DNA from: Acetobacteraceae bacterium
Lineage (GTDB): Bacteria > Pseudomonadota > Alphaproteobacteria > Acetobacterales > Acetobacteraceae
Reading direction: 5' to 3'
Length of the DNA: 64,000 nucleotides
Assembly (NCBI GenBank): GCA_965213855.1
Contig: CBDCAA010000002.1
Location: forward strand, 8,401 to 72,400
A model generated the notes under the pieces. That model was not told the origin of the DNA. It searched no databases and saw nothing but the letters and a program-made list of their open reading frames with translations. Both the position numbers and the translations under genes were made by a program. Shown piece after piece: positions 10,658 to 20,817 of the stretch. The number at the start of each line of letters is the position of its first letter. Position 1 is the first letter of the stretch.

Positions 10658-12879
10658 CGCGCCCCATCCTGGCGCACCTGCGCGAGCGCCGCCGGGCAGG
10701 GGTCGGCGCTCGCCGCACCGATCGAGATGCCGAAGCGGCCGGGCGCGATCACGCCCTTGTCGGCCTGAGCGTGCGGCGCGCGCCACGGCCCCGACACATG
10801 GACCGGCACCTTGACCGGGAATGGCCCGATCCGCAGCTCCGGCCGCAGATGCAGGTCCATCGTCTCGCCCCCAAGGTCGAGCTGTCCGTCCCCCTCCAGG
10901 CGCAGCTTCGACGCATCCAGCGTCAGCGCCTGCAGCGTGACCTGCCCCGCCGTCGCCTCGGCGCGGACGGCAAGGCAGCGCAGCCGGCTGCGCCCTGCCG
11001 CATCGAGCGACACCCCCGCCCCGCGCAGCGCCGGACCGAACAGCGCCGCCAAGGCCTGGTTGTCGATGTCGCCCTCCGTCAATGCCAGCGCGACGTGTCC
11101 GCCCGCAGAGGCGGCGAGCGCATGCGCCGTCTCGCCCGCCAGCTTGACGTCCACGTCCACGTCCACCTGCCCGGTGATCGCGCCAGGCGCGCCGGCCACG
11201 CCCGCCAGCGCTGCGCCGTCGAGCCCCGCCCCGTGCAGCACGACCGCGACCGTCGGCGGCTGCGCAGCGGCATCGGCCTGCAGATCGGCCCGGATCGGCC
11301 CACCTGGCGCCGTGACCACGGCCGGCCCGACCCGAAGCTGCCCGTCACGCAGCAGCAGCCGCAGATCGTGCACGGCATACGCGGCGCCGCGATAACCGAC
11401 CTGCCCGGCCGACCCGGTCACGTCCACATCGGCCCGGCGCAATGCCGCGAACGGCAACGCATGGTCCGGTATCATGGGCAAGCTGGCCGGCGGGGCCGGT
11501 CCTGGCGCGGACGTTGGGGCCGGTGCGGTTGGCACCGGCGCCGGCGTCGGCGCGACGGTCGACGCGGGCGCCAGTATCGCATCGAGGTCCAACCGCTGCG
11601 ACGTCACCGTGCCCGCCAGCGACGGCCGCGGCGCCGTGCCCACGGCCAGGTCGCCCGCCAGGTCGCCCTCCCGTGCGACGACCCGCAGCCCGCGGAGCAG
11701 CACGCCCGCGCCAGACGGCGCCGGCTGCACCCGCACGTCGAGCGCCGCATCGTGCAGGCCCGGCAGCGCCAATCCCGCCAGGACGCCGCTCCGCTGCAGG
11801 TCGGGCACCTTCACCGCGACGCTCCCCGCCAGCGACGCCGGTGTCAGCGTGCCGTCCACCGTCAGCGACGCCGCGTCGCCCGACAGCGCGCCCTGCACCG
11901 CCCAAGGCGCCGGCCCGAGCTGTGCGACCGTGGCGTCCAGCGTCAGCGGCAGCGCCCGCAACGCGCCCTCCGCCTCGATATGCAGCGGCTGGCCCAAACC
12001 GTCCGACGTCGCGCGCAGCCGGGTCAGGTGCAGGCCGGGCATGACGCTGCCCAGATCGGAGTCGCCCACCAGCAGTTTCAACTCGTCCGCCCCGGCCGCG
12101 CCGACCCGGGCGTGCACCAGCATCTGATGCAGCGGCGGCAACTCCCGGCCGGCCGCCTTGCCCCAGGCAGCCAGGTCCTCGATCCCCGCATCCAACGCCA
12201 TCGCCGACCCCGGCAGGCTGTTCGCATACAGCGACAGGCCGCCGCCTTGCGCACCCAGCAGGAACGTGTCCCCGTCGGCGCCCGCCGGATCCGTGCTGCC
12301 CATGACCTGCAGCGTCACGCCCCCGATCGTGATGGTGCCCGCAACCGGTCCCCCCGATGGCGCCGCCGTCAGCGACGGCACCAGCACCGGCGGTACGCCC
12401 AGCCAGGCGATCCGCCCGTCCACCACCTGCACCGTCCCGATCTCGACCGGGCGCCGCGGCTGCGATGGGCCGGGCGCCGCGCCCGTCGGCGCCGGCGGCC
12501 GCTGCCAGTTGCCCCGGCCTTCCCCGTCCCGCTCCAGCAGCACGTCCAGCCCCTCGACCGTCACCGAAGGGATCTCGACCCGGCCCCGCAGCAGCGGCAG
12601 CAGCGCGATCCGCGCCCCGGCCCGCTCCACGGTCGCGAAGGCCGGCCTGGAGAAGCCGGCGCCGTTGAGCAGCGCCACCTGCCGAATCGCGATCCCCGGG
12701 TGCAGCGACCACGCGACCGTCCCCGGGCCGATCGTCGCGGCATGGCCCGTCGCCCGTTCCAGCGCCGCCACGATCCGGTCGTGCGCCGCCTGCGAGTTCA
12801 GCAGCGCGTTCGCGCCCAGGATCGCCGCCCCCGCCAGCAGGACGAGCACCAGCAGCGCGCCGCCCACCACGCGCGTCAT
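10654..12879 (-). CDS. AsmA-family outer-membrane biogenesis protein
   Basis: Track ORF 10654..13761 trimmed to ATG 12879 (ATGA overlap with the rluC stop). The upstream 293 codons are a shadow frame over rluC. N-terminal anchor MTRVVGGALLVLVLLAGAAILGANALL, then an AsmA-like beta-rich body. Confidence 0.8.
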   Translation of the reverse strand: MTRVVGGALLVLVLLAGAAILGANALLNSQAAHDRIVAALERATGHAATIGPGTVAWSLHPGIAIRQVALLNGAGFSRPAFATVERAGARIALLPLLRGRVEIPSVTVEGLDVLLERDGEGRGNWQRPPAPTGAAPGPSQPRRPVEIGTVQVVDGRIAWLGVPPVLVPSLTAAPSGGPVAGTITIGGVTLQVMGSTDPAGADGDTFLLGAQGGGLSLYANSLPGSAMALDAGIEDLAAWGKAAGRELPPLHQMLVHARVGAAGADELKLLVGDSDLGSVMPGLHLTRLRATSDGLGQPLHIEAEGALRALPLTLDATVAQLGPAPWAVQGALSGDAASLTVDGTLTPASLAGSVAVKVPDLQRSGVLAGLALPGLHDAALDVRVQPAPSGAGVLLRGLRVVAREGDLAGDLAVGTAPRPSLAGTVTSQRLDLDAILAPASTVAPTPAPVPTAPAPTSAPGPAPPASLPMIPDHALPFAALRRADVDVTGSAGQVGYRGAAYAVHDLRLLLRDGQLRVGPAVVTAPGGPIRADLQADAAAQPPTVAVVLHGAGLDGAALAGVAGAPGAITGQVDVDVDVKLAGETAHALAASAGGHVALALTEGDIDNQALAALFGPALRGAGVSLDAAGRSRLRCLAVRAEATAGQVTLQALTLDASKLRLEGDGQLDLGGETMDLHLRPELRIGPFPVKVPVHVSGPWRAPHAQADKGVIAPGRFGISIGAASADPCPAALAQVRQDGAR

Positions 12880-13865
12880 GCGCGCACCGGCTTGGCCGCG
12901 TGCCGCGCCTCGAAGCCCAGCGTCTTGAACGTCTCGCGCATGTGCGGCGGCAGCCCGGCCTCCACCACCAGCCGCCCACCGGCCGGGTGCGGGATGTCCA
13001 GCGCCCGGGCATGCAAATGCAGCTTGTCGCTCAGCCCGTCGACGATGGCGCTGAACGCGCCGTTCTGGTCGGGCTCGTGATACTTGCGGTCGCCGACGAT
13101 CGGCGCACCCAAGGCGACGCAGTGCACCCGGAGCTGGTGCGTGCGGCCGGTTACCGGGTTCAGCTCCAGCCAGGCCAGCTTCTGCCCGGCGTTGTCGACC
13201 GTCGTGTAGTCGGTCACCGCGCGCTGCGCCTCCTCGTCGTCGCGCGTCGCCGGCACGCTGCGCTCGCCGCGGGCGCCGGCGTATTTCAGCAGCGGCAGAT
13301 CGATCCGCCCCTCCACCGGCACTGGCCGCCCGGCGACGACGGCCCAGTAGGTCTTGTGCACGTCGCGCCCGCGGAACGCCGCCGCGAGCTTCGCCGCGAC
13401 ACCGGGCGTCCGCGCCAGCAGCAGCACGCCCGAGGTGTCGCGGTCCAGCCGGTGCACCAGCCGCGGCCGCGGGCCGCCCTCGTCGCGCAGCCCCTCCAGC
13501 ATGCCGTCGAGGTGCTTCGAAATGCCCGGTCCGCCCTGCACCGCCAGCCCGTGCGGCTTGTCCAGCACGAACAGCTGCTCGTCGCGATACAACAGCATCT
13601 GCTCCAATTCGCGCCGCAGCAGCGGGTCCGGTCCCCGCGCCAGCTCGATCTTGGGAGCCGGCCCGCTCGGCATCGGCGGCACGCGCACGGACTGGCCCGG
13701 CGCGAGCCGCAGCCCGGTCTCGACCTTCTTGCCGTCGACGCGGATCTGGCCCAGCCGGCACGCCCTCTGGATCGCCGACTGCTGCACCCCCGGGAAGTGC
13801 CGCCGGAACCAGCGGTCCAGCCGGATGTCGGCCTCGTCGTCGGTGATCGTCCGTGTCTCAACCAC
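12876..13865 (-). CDS. rluC: RluA-family 23S rRNA pseudouridine synthase (RluC-like)
   Basis: 329-aa ORF. S4 domain (RLDRWFRRHFPG...IRVDGKKV) and catalytic motif HRLDRDTSGVLLLAR. GTG start at 13865 overlaps the rarA end by 8 nt. Confidence 0.88.
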   Translation of the reverse strand: MVETRTITDDEADIRLDRWFRRHFPGVQQSAIQRACRLGQIRVDGKKVETGLRLAPGQSVRVPPMPSGPAPKIELARGPDPLLRRELEQMLLYRDEQLFVLDKPHGLAVQGGPGISKHLDGMLEGLRDEGGPRPRLVHRLDRDTSGVLLLARTPGVAAKLAAAFRGRDVHKTYWAVVAGRPVPVEGRIDLPLLKYAGARGERSVPATRDDEEAQRAVTDYTTVDNAGQKLAWLELNPVTGRTHQLRVHCVALGAPIVGDRKYHEPDQNGAFSAIVDGLSDKLHLHARALDIPHPAGGRLVVEAGLPPHMRETFKTLGFEARHAAKPVRA

Positions 13866-15168
13866 GCTTCGTGTCCCTCAGCGCCGCCCAGTGCGCCATC
13901 CGCTTGCCCAGCTCCCGCTCGAAACCGCGGTCCTTCGGCTGGTAGAACTGCATCCGCTCGAGCCCGTCCGGGAGGTAGTCCTGGCCGGAGAAGGCGTCGT
14001 CCGTGTCGTGGTCATAGTCGTAGCCGCTGCCGTAGCCGAGCGTCTTCATCAGCTTGGTGGGCGCGTTAAGGATATGCGCCGGGGGCATCAGGCTGCCGGT
14101 CGACCGCGCCGCCTTGGCGGACTGCTTGGTGGCCATGTAGAGCGCATTGGATTTGGGGGCCGCGCCCAGATAGACGACCGCCTGGGCGATCGCCAGCTCT
14201 CCTTCAGGACTGCCGAGGCGTTCGTAGGCCTCCCACGCGGCCATGGCCTGGGTCAGCGCCGCCGGGTCGGCGAGGCCGATATCCTCGGAGGCGAAGCGGA
14301 CGAGGCGGCGCGCGATGTAGCGCGGGTCCTCGCCGCCCAGGATCATGCGCTGGAACCAGTAGAGCGCCGCATCCGGATCCGATCCGCGCAGCGATTTATG
14401 CAGGGCGGAGATGAGGTTGTAGTGCTCCTCCCGGTCCTTGTCGTACAGCGCCGCCCGCCGCCCGATCGCCAGTGCGAGCCCGGCCGCATCCAGCGCCGGC
14501 CCCTCCGGCATCGCCAGAAGCTGCTCGGCCATGTTCAGCAGATAGCGCCCGTCACCGTCGGCCATGGCGCCGAGTGCCGCGCGCGCCTCGGGCACGACCG
14601 GCAACGGACGGCCGGCTTCGGCCTCGGCACGGGCCAGGATCTGCTCCAGCGCGTCCTCGTCGAGCCGGCGCAGCACCAGCACCTGGCAGCGGGACAGCAG
14701 GGCGCCATTGAGCGCGAAGGACGGGTTCTCCGTCGTGGCGCCGACCAGGACGATGGTGCCGTCCTCGACCACAGGCAGAAAGCCATCCTGCTGCGCGCGA
14801 TTGAACCGATGCACCTCGTCGACGAACAGCAGGGTGCGGCGCCCGCCGGCCCGCAGCCGCGCCGCGTCCTCGAAGATGCGTTTCAGATCCGCGACGCCAG
14901 AGAACACGGCCGATAGCGCCACGAACTCGAGCCCGGCCGCCTCTGCCAGAAGCCGCGCGATGGTCGTCTTGCCGACCCCGGGCGGTCCCCAAAGGATCAA
15001 GGAGGCCAGCGCGCCACGCTCGAGCATTCGCGTCAACGTGCCGGCCGGCCCGAGCAGGTGGGCCTGACCCACGATCTGGTCCAGCGCCGCCGGGCGCAGC
15101 CGCTCCGCCAACGGCCGCGACTCCGGCGACCCGGCAAACAGTTCTGGCGGTCGGGCAGCGCGCGGCAT
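13858..15168 (-). CDS. rarA: Replication-associated recombination protein A (AAA+ ATPase)
   Basis: 436-aa ORF. Walker A (LILWGPPGVGKTT), Walker B (LLFVDEVHRFN) and the MgsA C-terminal domain (ISALHKSLRGSDPDAALYWFQRM). Confidence 0.92.
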   Translation of the reverse strand: MPRAARPPELFAGSPESRPLAERLRPAALDQIVGQAHLLGPAGTLTRMLERGALASLILWGPPGVGKTTIARLLAEAAGLEFVALSAVFSGVADLKRIFEDAARLRAGGRRTLLFVDEVHRFNRAQQDGFLPVVEDGTIVLVGATTENPSFALNGALLSRCQVLVLRRLDEDALEQILARAEAEAGRPLPVVPEARAALGAMADGDGRYLLNMAEQLLAMPEGPALDAAGLALAIGRRAALYDKDREEHYNLISALHKSLRGSDPDAALYWFQRMILGGEDPRYIARRLVRFASEDIGLADPAALTQAMAAWEAYERLGSPEGELAIAQAVVYLGAAPKSNALYMATKQSAKAARSTGSLMPPAHILNAPTKLMKTLGYGSGYDYDHDTDDAFSGQDYLPDGLERMQFYQPKDRGFERELGKRMAHWAALRDTKRG

Positions 15169-15298
15169 GCCTGTTAGATAGGGCGGCGCGGCGGCAAAAG
15201 CACGCCAGGCTGGCGCCTGGACGGCAAACTGCCGATCGTCATGTCTGCGACGGCCGTCGCCACACTGGTCGTCGGGTCGTGAAACGATGCCTTCTGGC

Positions 15299-15318
15299 CT
15301 CCCCTCCAGAATGGGGAG
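15299..15318 (-). terminator. REP-like hairpin 3' of rplQ (end of the alpha operon)
   Basis: CTCCCC(15299-15304)-TCCAGAAT-GGGGAG(15313-15318), 27 nt downstream of the rplQ stop. Same CCCCTCC/GGGGAG flavour as the other REP-like copies. No U-tract. Confidence 0.35.
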
Positions 15319-15344
15319 ACACAGTCGTTGGGCCTGCCGTGACG

Positions 15345-15764
15345 CTACGCGTCGGCGTCGTCGGCGCGCTCCATCACCGGGCCGCTGTCCAGTCCCTTGG
15401 CGGCAACGTCGCGGTCCACCAGTTCGATCACCGCCATCGTCGCCATGTCGCCGTAGCGCAGGCCGGCCTTGAGCACGCGGGCGTAGCCGCCCTGTCGCGC
15501 CTTGTAGCGGTCGGCCAGGGTCGTGAACAGCTTGGCAACGACCGTCTCGTCCTGTAGCTGGCTCATCGCCTGGCGCCGGGCATGCAGGCCGCCCCGCTTG
15601 CCAAGCGTGATCAGCTTTTCGGCAACCGGGCGCAGCTCCTTCGCCTTCGGCAGCGTCGTCGTGATCTGCTCGTGCTTGATCAACGCCTGCGCCATGTTCT
15701 TGAACATGGCCTGGCGATGACTGGCGGTAACGCCGAGCTTCCGGCCGGCAACACCGTGACGCAT
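15345..15764 (-). CDS. rplQ: 50S ribosomal protein L17
   Basis: [24 protein letters not shown]...; last gene of the alpha operon. Confidence 0.97.
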   Translation of the reverse strand: MRHGVAGRKLGVTASHRQAMFKNMAQALIKHEQITTTLPKAKELRPVAEKLITLGKRGGLHARRQAMSQLQDETVVAKLFTTLADRYKARQGGYARVLKAGLRYGDMATMAVIELVDRDVAAKGLDSGPVMERADDADA

Positions 15765-15784
15765 GGTCCTACTCCCTTAACGGC

Positions 15785-16804
15785 TCAAAACGGCTCATCG
15801 AGCCGCTTGGCCAGTTCCTCGATATTCTCCGGCGGCCAGCCCGCCACGTTCATCGCCAGCGACAAGCCCATCGCCGACAGCACTTCCTTGATCTCATTCA
15901 AGGATTTACGGCCGAAGTTCGGCGTCCGCAGCATCTCCTGCTCGGTCTTCTGCACCAGGTCGCCGATATAGACGATGTTGTCGTTCTTAAGGCAGTTGGC
16001 GCTCCGCACCGACAGCTCGAGCTCGTCGACCTTGCGCAGCAGGTTGCGGTTGAACGGCAGGTCGTCCTGCGGCTCGTCGGCGCGGGCGAGCTGCGGCTCG
16101 TCGAAATTGATGAACAGCTGCAACTGGTCTTGCAGGATCCGTGCAGCCAACGCCACCGCATCCTCCGGCGTCACCGCGCCGTTCGTTTCCACCTGCAGCA
16201 GCAGCTTGTCGTAGTTCGTCACCTGCCCCACGCGCGTCGGCTCCACGCGGTAGCTGACGCGCTTGACCGGCGAGTAGATCGCGTCGACCGGGATGAGGCC
16301 GATTGGCGCGTCCTCGGGCCGATTGGCGCTCGCGGGCTCGTAGCCCTTGCCCATGTTCACCGTGAACTCCATGCCGAGCTTCACGCCGTCATCGAGCGTG
16401 CAGATCACCAGGTCGGGGTTCATCACGTCGATGTCGTGCCCGGTCTGGATCTGCGCCGCCGTCACCTCGCCGGGGCCGGTCGCCGTCAGGACCATCCGCT
16501 TCGGACCCTCGCCATGCATGCGGAGCGCGAGTTGCTTGATGTTCAGCACGATGTCGGTGACGTCCTCACGGACGCCGGGGATGCTGCTGAACTCGTGCAG
16601 CACGCCGTCGATCTGCACGGCCGTGACGGCGGCACCCTGCAACGACGACAGCAGGACGCGGCGCACGGCGTTGCCGAGCGTCATCCCGAAGCCGCGCTCG
16701 AGCGGTTCGGCCACCACCGTCGCCACGCGGCCCGGGTCGCTCCCGGGCTCGACGTCGAGCTTTTCCGGCTTGATCAGGCTTTGCCAGTTCCTCTGGAGGA
16801 CCAT
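15785..16804 (-). CDS. rpoA: DNA-directed RNA polymerase subunit alpha
   Basis: 339 aa, [19 protein letters not shown]...; canonical position. Confidence 0.98.
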   Translation of the reverse strand: MVLQRNWQSLIKPEKLDVEPGSDPGRVATVVAEPLERGFGMTLGNAVRRVLLSSLQGAAVTAVQIDGVLHEFSSIPGVREDVTDIVLNIKQLALRMHGEGPKRMVLTATGPGEVTAAQIQTGHDIDVMNPDLVICTLDDGVKLGMEFTVNMGKGYEPASANRPEDAPIGLIPVDAIYSPVKRVSYRVEPTRVGQVTNYDKLLLQVETNGAVTPEDAVALAARILQDQLQLFINFDEPQLARADEPQDDLPFNRNLLRKVDELELSVRSANCLKNDNIVYIGDLVQKTEQEMLRTPNFGRKSLNEIKEVLSAMGLSLAMNVAGWPPENIEELAKRLDEPF

Positions 16805-16823
16805 GGATCGTCTCCAACAATAC

Positions 16824-16856
16824 GGGACGGCGCCGCGTCCACCGCGGCGCCGTCCC
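16824..16856 (-). promoter_or_regulatory. Perfect 14-bp GC hairpin in the rpsK-rpoA spacer (attenuator / mRNA processing or stability element candidate)
   Basis: GGGACGGCGCCGCG(16824-16837)-tccac-CGCGGCGCCGTCCC(16843-16856). On the mRNA it is followed by GUAUUGUUGGAGACGAUCC-AUG(rpoA). Confidence 0.45.
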
Positions 16857-16888
16857 CCTTACTCAGGGATTAGTCGTGTCCGCCGGCG

Positions 16889-17284
16889 TCAGACGCGGCG
16901 GCGCTTGCGCGGCCGGCAACCGTTATGCGGGATGGGCGTCATGTCGCGGATGGCGGTGATGGCGAAGCCGACCGCCTGCAGGGCCCGCAGCGCGCTCTCG
17001 CGGCCGGAGCCGGGCCCGCTCACCTCGATCTCGAGCGTCTCCATCCCGTGCTCGCGCGCCTTGCGGCCGGCATCCTCGGCCGCGACCTGCGCGGCATAGG
17101 GCGTGCTCTTGCGGCTGCCCTTGAAGCCCTGCATGCCGGACGACGACCAGGCGATCGTGTTGCCCTGCGCGTCCGTGATGGTCACCATCGTGTTGTTGAA
17201 GGTCGCGTTCACGTGCGCGACGCCGGCGATGATGTTCTTGCGCTCCTTGCGGCGGGGGGCGCGGGCGGTGGCGGGCTTCGCCAT
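16889..17284 (-). CDS. rpsK: 30S ribosomal protein S11
   Basis: 131 aa, ...[23 protein letters not shown]... Confidence 0.97.
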   Translation of the reverse strand: MAKPATARAPRRKERKNIIAGVAHVNATFNNTMVTITDAQGNTIAWSSSGMQGFKGSRKSTPYAAQVAAEDAGRKAREHGMETLEIEVSGPGSGRESALRALQAVGFAITAIRDMTPIPHNGCRPRKRRRV

Positions 17285-17352
17285 GGGCAGACTTCCTGAC
17301 AGTTATGGCCGGCGCAGGACGCCGGCCTGGAGGCAAACGCCTCGGCGATGGA

Positions 17353-17730
<378 letters not shown>

Positions 17731-17869
17731 GCTGCTCTCTCCTGGTCGCCCCCGGGCACGCCGCGGTCGGCGTGTGGGCCATGCTGGAACCTCTGCTCGC
17801 CCGATGGCGCTGGAAGCCCGTAAAAACGTCAAACAACCCGGGCCTTGACGGCCAGGGCGAAGGGCGCGG

Positions 17870-17897
17870 ACTATACAAGTGATCGCACCGAAGTCAA
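17870..17897 (-). promoter_or_regulatory. Sigma-70-type promoter candidate for rpsM-rpsK-rpoA-rplQ
   Basis: The minus strand reads TTGACT (17897-17892) - 16 nt - TATAGT (17875-17870) in the adk-rpsM spacer. This would give a leader of about 130 nt before GTG 17730. Confidence 0.5.
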
Positions 17898-17932
17898 CGC
17901 ATTCAGATCACTTTCCCGTTATGAGACGTGCG

Positions 17933-18607
17933 TCAGGCCGGGCTGTGTGTGCTGGCTCGAATGCTGGCCAGCGCCGCCTCGATCTGGTTCGACACGTCGT
18001 CCATCTCTGCCATCCCATCGACGACGATCAGGCGGCCGAGTGCCTCGTAGTGCGGAATGATCGGGGCCGTCTGCGTGTGGTAGACCTCGAGCCGGGTCGC
18101 GACCTTGTCACGCTGGTCGTCGGACCGGCGGACGAACTCATGGCTGCCGCACACGTCGCACGTGCCTTCCACGCGCGGCCGATGGAACTGGTCGTGGTAG
18201 CCGGCGCCGCACTTGCCGCAGGTGAACCGGCCAGCGATCCGGTCCACAAGCAATGCGTCATCGACCCGCAACTCGATGACGGCCTCGATGCGCTTGCCGG
18301 CGCGCGACAGCATCTGGTCCAGCGCTTCGGCCTGGGCGACGTTGCGCGGGAAGCCGTCGAGGATGAAGCCGGCCGAGGCGTCCGGCTGCGTGATGCGCGC
18401 CTGCAGCATATCGACCAGCAACGCGTCGGGCACCAGTTGCCCGGCCTCCATGAGCGCCTTGGCCTTTTGCCCCGTCTCGCTCCCCGCCGCCACTTCGGCG
18501 CGCAGCATCTCGCCCGTCGAGATCTGCGCCATGCCATGACGCTGCTCCAAGCGCTTCGCCTGGGTTCCCTTTCCGGCGCCGGGCGGACCCAGCAATATGA
18601 CGTTCAT
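17933..18607 (-). CDS. adk: Adenylate kinase (zinc-lid type)
   Basis: [20 protein letters not shown]...; lid with CGKCG...CDVCG. Confidence 0.96.
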   Translation of the reverse strand: MNVILLGPPGAGKGTQAKRLEQRHGMAQISTGEMLRAEVAAGSETGQKAKALMEAGQLVPDALLVDMLQARITQPDASAGFILDGFPRNVAQAEALDQMLSRAGKRIEAVIELRVDDALLVDRIAGRFTCGKCGAGYHDQFHRPRVEGTCDVCGSHEFVRRSDDQRDKVATRLEVYHTQTAPIIPHYEALGRLIVVDGMAEMDDVSNQIEAALASIRASTHSPA

Positions 18608-18635
18608 TCCTCATCCCCTTTCGGGCGAGCGTGGC

Positions 18636-19979
18636 TCATGCCCGCCGGCCCTTGACGCGGCCCTTGCGGATCAGGCCTTCGTATTGATGCGCCAGCAGAT
18701 GGGACTGGATTTGCGTGACCGTGTCCATCGTCACCGAGACGATGATCATCAGGCTGGTGCCGCCGAAGTAGAACGGCACGCCATACTTGCTGATCAGGAT
18801 CTCGGGAAGCATGCAGACGATGCAGAGATAGATCGCGCCGACCGTGGTCAGCCGCGACAGGATCGTGTCGAAGTAGTCGGCCGTGTTGCTGCCGGGGCGA
18901 ACGCCGGGGACGAAGCCGCCATACTTCTTCAAGTTGTCCGCCGTCTCCTGCGGGTTGAACACGACGGCGGTGTAGAAGTAGCTGAAGAAGATGATCATGC
19001 CCGCGTAGGCCGCCATATAGAGCGGCTCGCCATGCGCCAGCTTGGCGCCGATCCAGCCCAGCCACGATGTCTGCGTTTGGTTCGAGAAGCCGGCGATCGT
19101 CGCCGGGATCAGCAGGATCGAGCTGGCGAAGATCGGTGGGATGACGCCGGCCGTGTTCACCTTCAGCGGCATGTGGGTCGAGTCGCCGCCGAACATGCGC
19201 TGCCCGACCTGGCGCTTCGGATACTGGATCACCACCCGCCGCTGGGCCCGCTCCATGAACACGACGAAGGCGATGACCGCGACCGCGATGACGATGAACG
19301 CGAGGATGAAGAACGGCGAAAGCTGCCCGATCCGGCCGAGATCCAGCAGGCTCGCCAAGGCATGCGGCAGGTTGGCGACGATGCCGGCGAAGATGATCAG
19401 GCTGGTGCCGTTGCCGACGCCGCGCGCCGTGATCTGCTCGCCGATCCACATCAGGAACATCGTTCCGCCCACCAGCGTGATCACGCACGACAGCCGGAAG
19501 AACAGCCCGGGGTCGATCACCGCCGAGACGTCACCGCTCCGCATGCCCTCCAACCCCGCCGCCATGCCGTAGGACTGCACCAGCGCGATCAGCACCGTGA
19601 TGTAGCGCGTATACTGGTTGAGCTTCTTGCGCCCGCTCTCGCCCTCTTTCTTGAGGGTCTCGAGCGACGGCACCGCAGCAGACATCAGCTGCACGATGAT
19701 GCTGGCGCTGATGTAAGGCATGATGTTCAGCGCGAACACCGTCATCCGCCCGAGCGCGCCGCCGCTGAACATGTCGAACATGCCCAGGATGCCGCCGCCG
19801 TGCTGGCTGAGCATGTCGCCCATCACCTGCGCATCGACGCCAGGCACCGGAATGTACGTGCCGAGCCGGTACACCAAGAGCGCACCGAGGGTGAACCAGA
19901 TCCGCTGCTTCAGCTCCGTCGCCTTCGCGAAGGACCCGAGGCTCATGCTGGACGCGAGCTGTTCGGCCGCCGATGCCAT
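18636..19979 (-). CDS. secY: Preprotein translocase subunit SecY
   Basis: 447-aa multi-TM ORF in the canonical spc-operon position. Confidence 0.97.
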   Translation of the reverse strand: MASAAEQLASSMSLGSFAKATELKQRIWFTLGALLVYRLGTYIPVPGVDAQVMGDMLSQHGGGILGMFDMFSGGALGRMTVFALNIMPYISASIIVQLMSAAVPSLETLKKEGESGRKKLNQYTRYITVLIALVQSYGMAAGLEGMRSGDVSAVIDPGLFFRLSCVITLVGGTMFLMWIGEQITARGVGNGTSLIIFAGIVANLPHALASLLDLGRIGQLSPFFILAFIVIAVAVIAFVVFMERAQRRVVIQYPKRQVGQRMFGGDSTHMPLKVNTAGVIPPIFASSILLIPATIAGFSNQTQTSWLGWIGAKLAHGEPLYMAAYAGMIIFFSYFYTAVVFNPQETADNLKKYGGFVPGVRPGSNTADYFDTILSRLTTVGAIYLCIVCMLPEILISKYGVPFYFGGTSLMIIVSVTMDTVTQIQSHLLAHQYEGLIRKGRVKGRRA

Positions 19980-20092
19980 GGATGGTGTCTCCCAACATGA
20001 GAACGGCGCCCCACCCGACCGGGGTGCGGGCGCCGCGACGCCTTAATTGGTGCCCGGGCGCGTCGATGACAACACGCCGGGGCGCAACCGCC

Positions 20093-20581
20093 TCAAACGG
20101 CCGGCGCGTCCTCGGTGGCGCGCGGCGCCACCGTCGTCGTCACGGTTCCGCCCGCTGCCTGCACCTTCTCGACAGCCGACGCGGATGCACCCGATACCGT
20201 CACCGTGAGCGGCGACGTCACCTCGCCCGTCGCCAGCAGCCGCACGCCGGCGAGCTTGCCGAGCCGCACGAGCCCGGCTGCGGCCAACGTCGCCTCGGTG
20301 ATCTCGGCGCCGATCTTGCCGTCGTTCACCGCCTTCTGGATCGTGCCGAGGTTGATCGGCGCATATTCCTTGCGGAACAGGTTGTGAAACCCGCGCTTCG
20401 GCAGCCGCCGGTAGATCGGCAGCTGGCCGCCCTCGAACCCGTTCAGCGCGACGCCTTCACGCGCCTTCTGGCCCTTGACGCCCTTGCCGGACGTCTTGCC
20501 CTTGCCCGAGCCGATGCCGCGGCCCAGCCGCTTGCTCTTCAGGTGAGCGCCCTCATTGTCGCGGATCTCGTTCAGCTTCAC
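20093..20581 (-). CDS. rplO: 50S ribosomal protein L15
   Basis: GTG start at 20581 (GTGA overlap with rpmD). [30 protein letters not shown]... Confidence 0.96.
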   Translation of the reverse strand: MKLNEIRDNEGAHLKSKRLGRGIGSGKGKTSGKGVKGQKAREGVALNGFEGGQLPIYRRLPKRGFHNLFRKEYAPINLGTIQKAVNDGKIGAEITEATLAAAGLVRLGKLAGVRLLATGEVTSPLTVTVSGASASAVEKVQAAGGTVTTTVAPRATEDAPAV

Positions 20582-20817
20582 TTGTTCGTCTCCCCGAACA
20601 CGGCCGGCACCAGCGCGTCATCCTTCGACGCCGGCGGGTCAGCCACCACGAGGTGCGCCACCCGGCGGATCATGCCGCGCACCGAGGGCGTGTCCTCGAG
20701 CACACGCGTCTTGCGCAGCTTGCCCAGGCCGAGCCCGCTCAAGGTCTGCAGCTGGTCCTTCTTGCGGCCCAGGCCGGACCGGACCTGCGTCACCGTGACC
20801 GTCTTGCGATCAGACAT
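20578..20817 (-). CDS. rpmD: 50S ribosomal protein L30 (with about 18-aa C-terminal tail)
   Basis: [57 protein letters not shown], then [21 protein letters not shown]. Confidence 0.93.
   Translation of the reverse strand: MSDRKTVTVTQVRSGLGRKKDQLQTLSGLGLGKLRKTRVLEDTPSVRGMIRRVAHLVVADPPASKDDALVPAVFGETNK

Noticed and set aside
10654-13761. Track version of the AsmA-family gene (1035 aa)
   Set aside because: The N-terminal 293 codons overlap rluC out of frame. ATG 12879 gives a normal membrane anchor and an ATGA junction with rluC.
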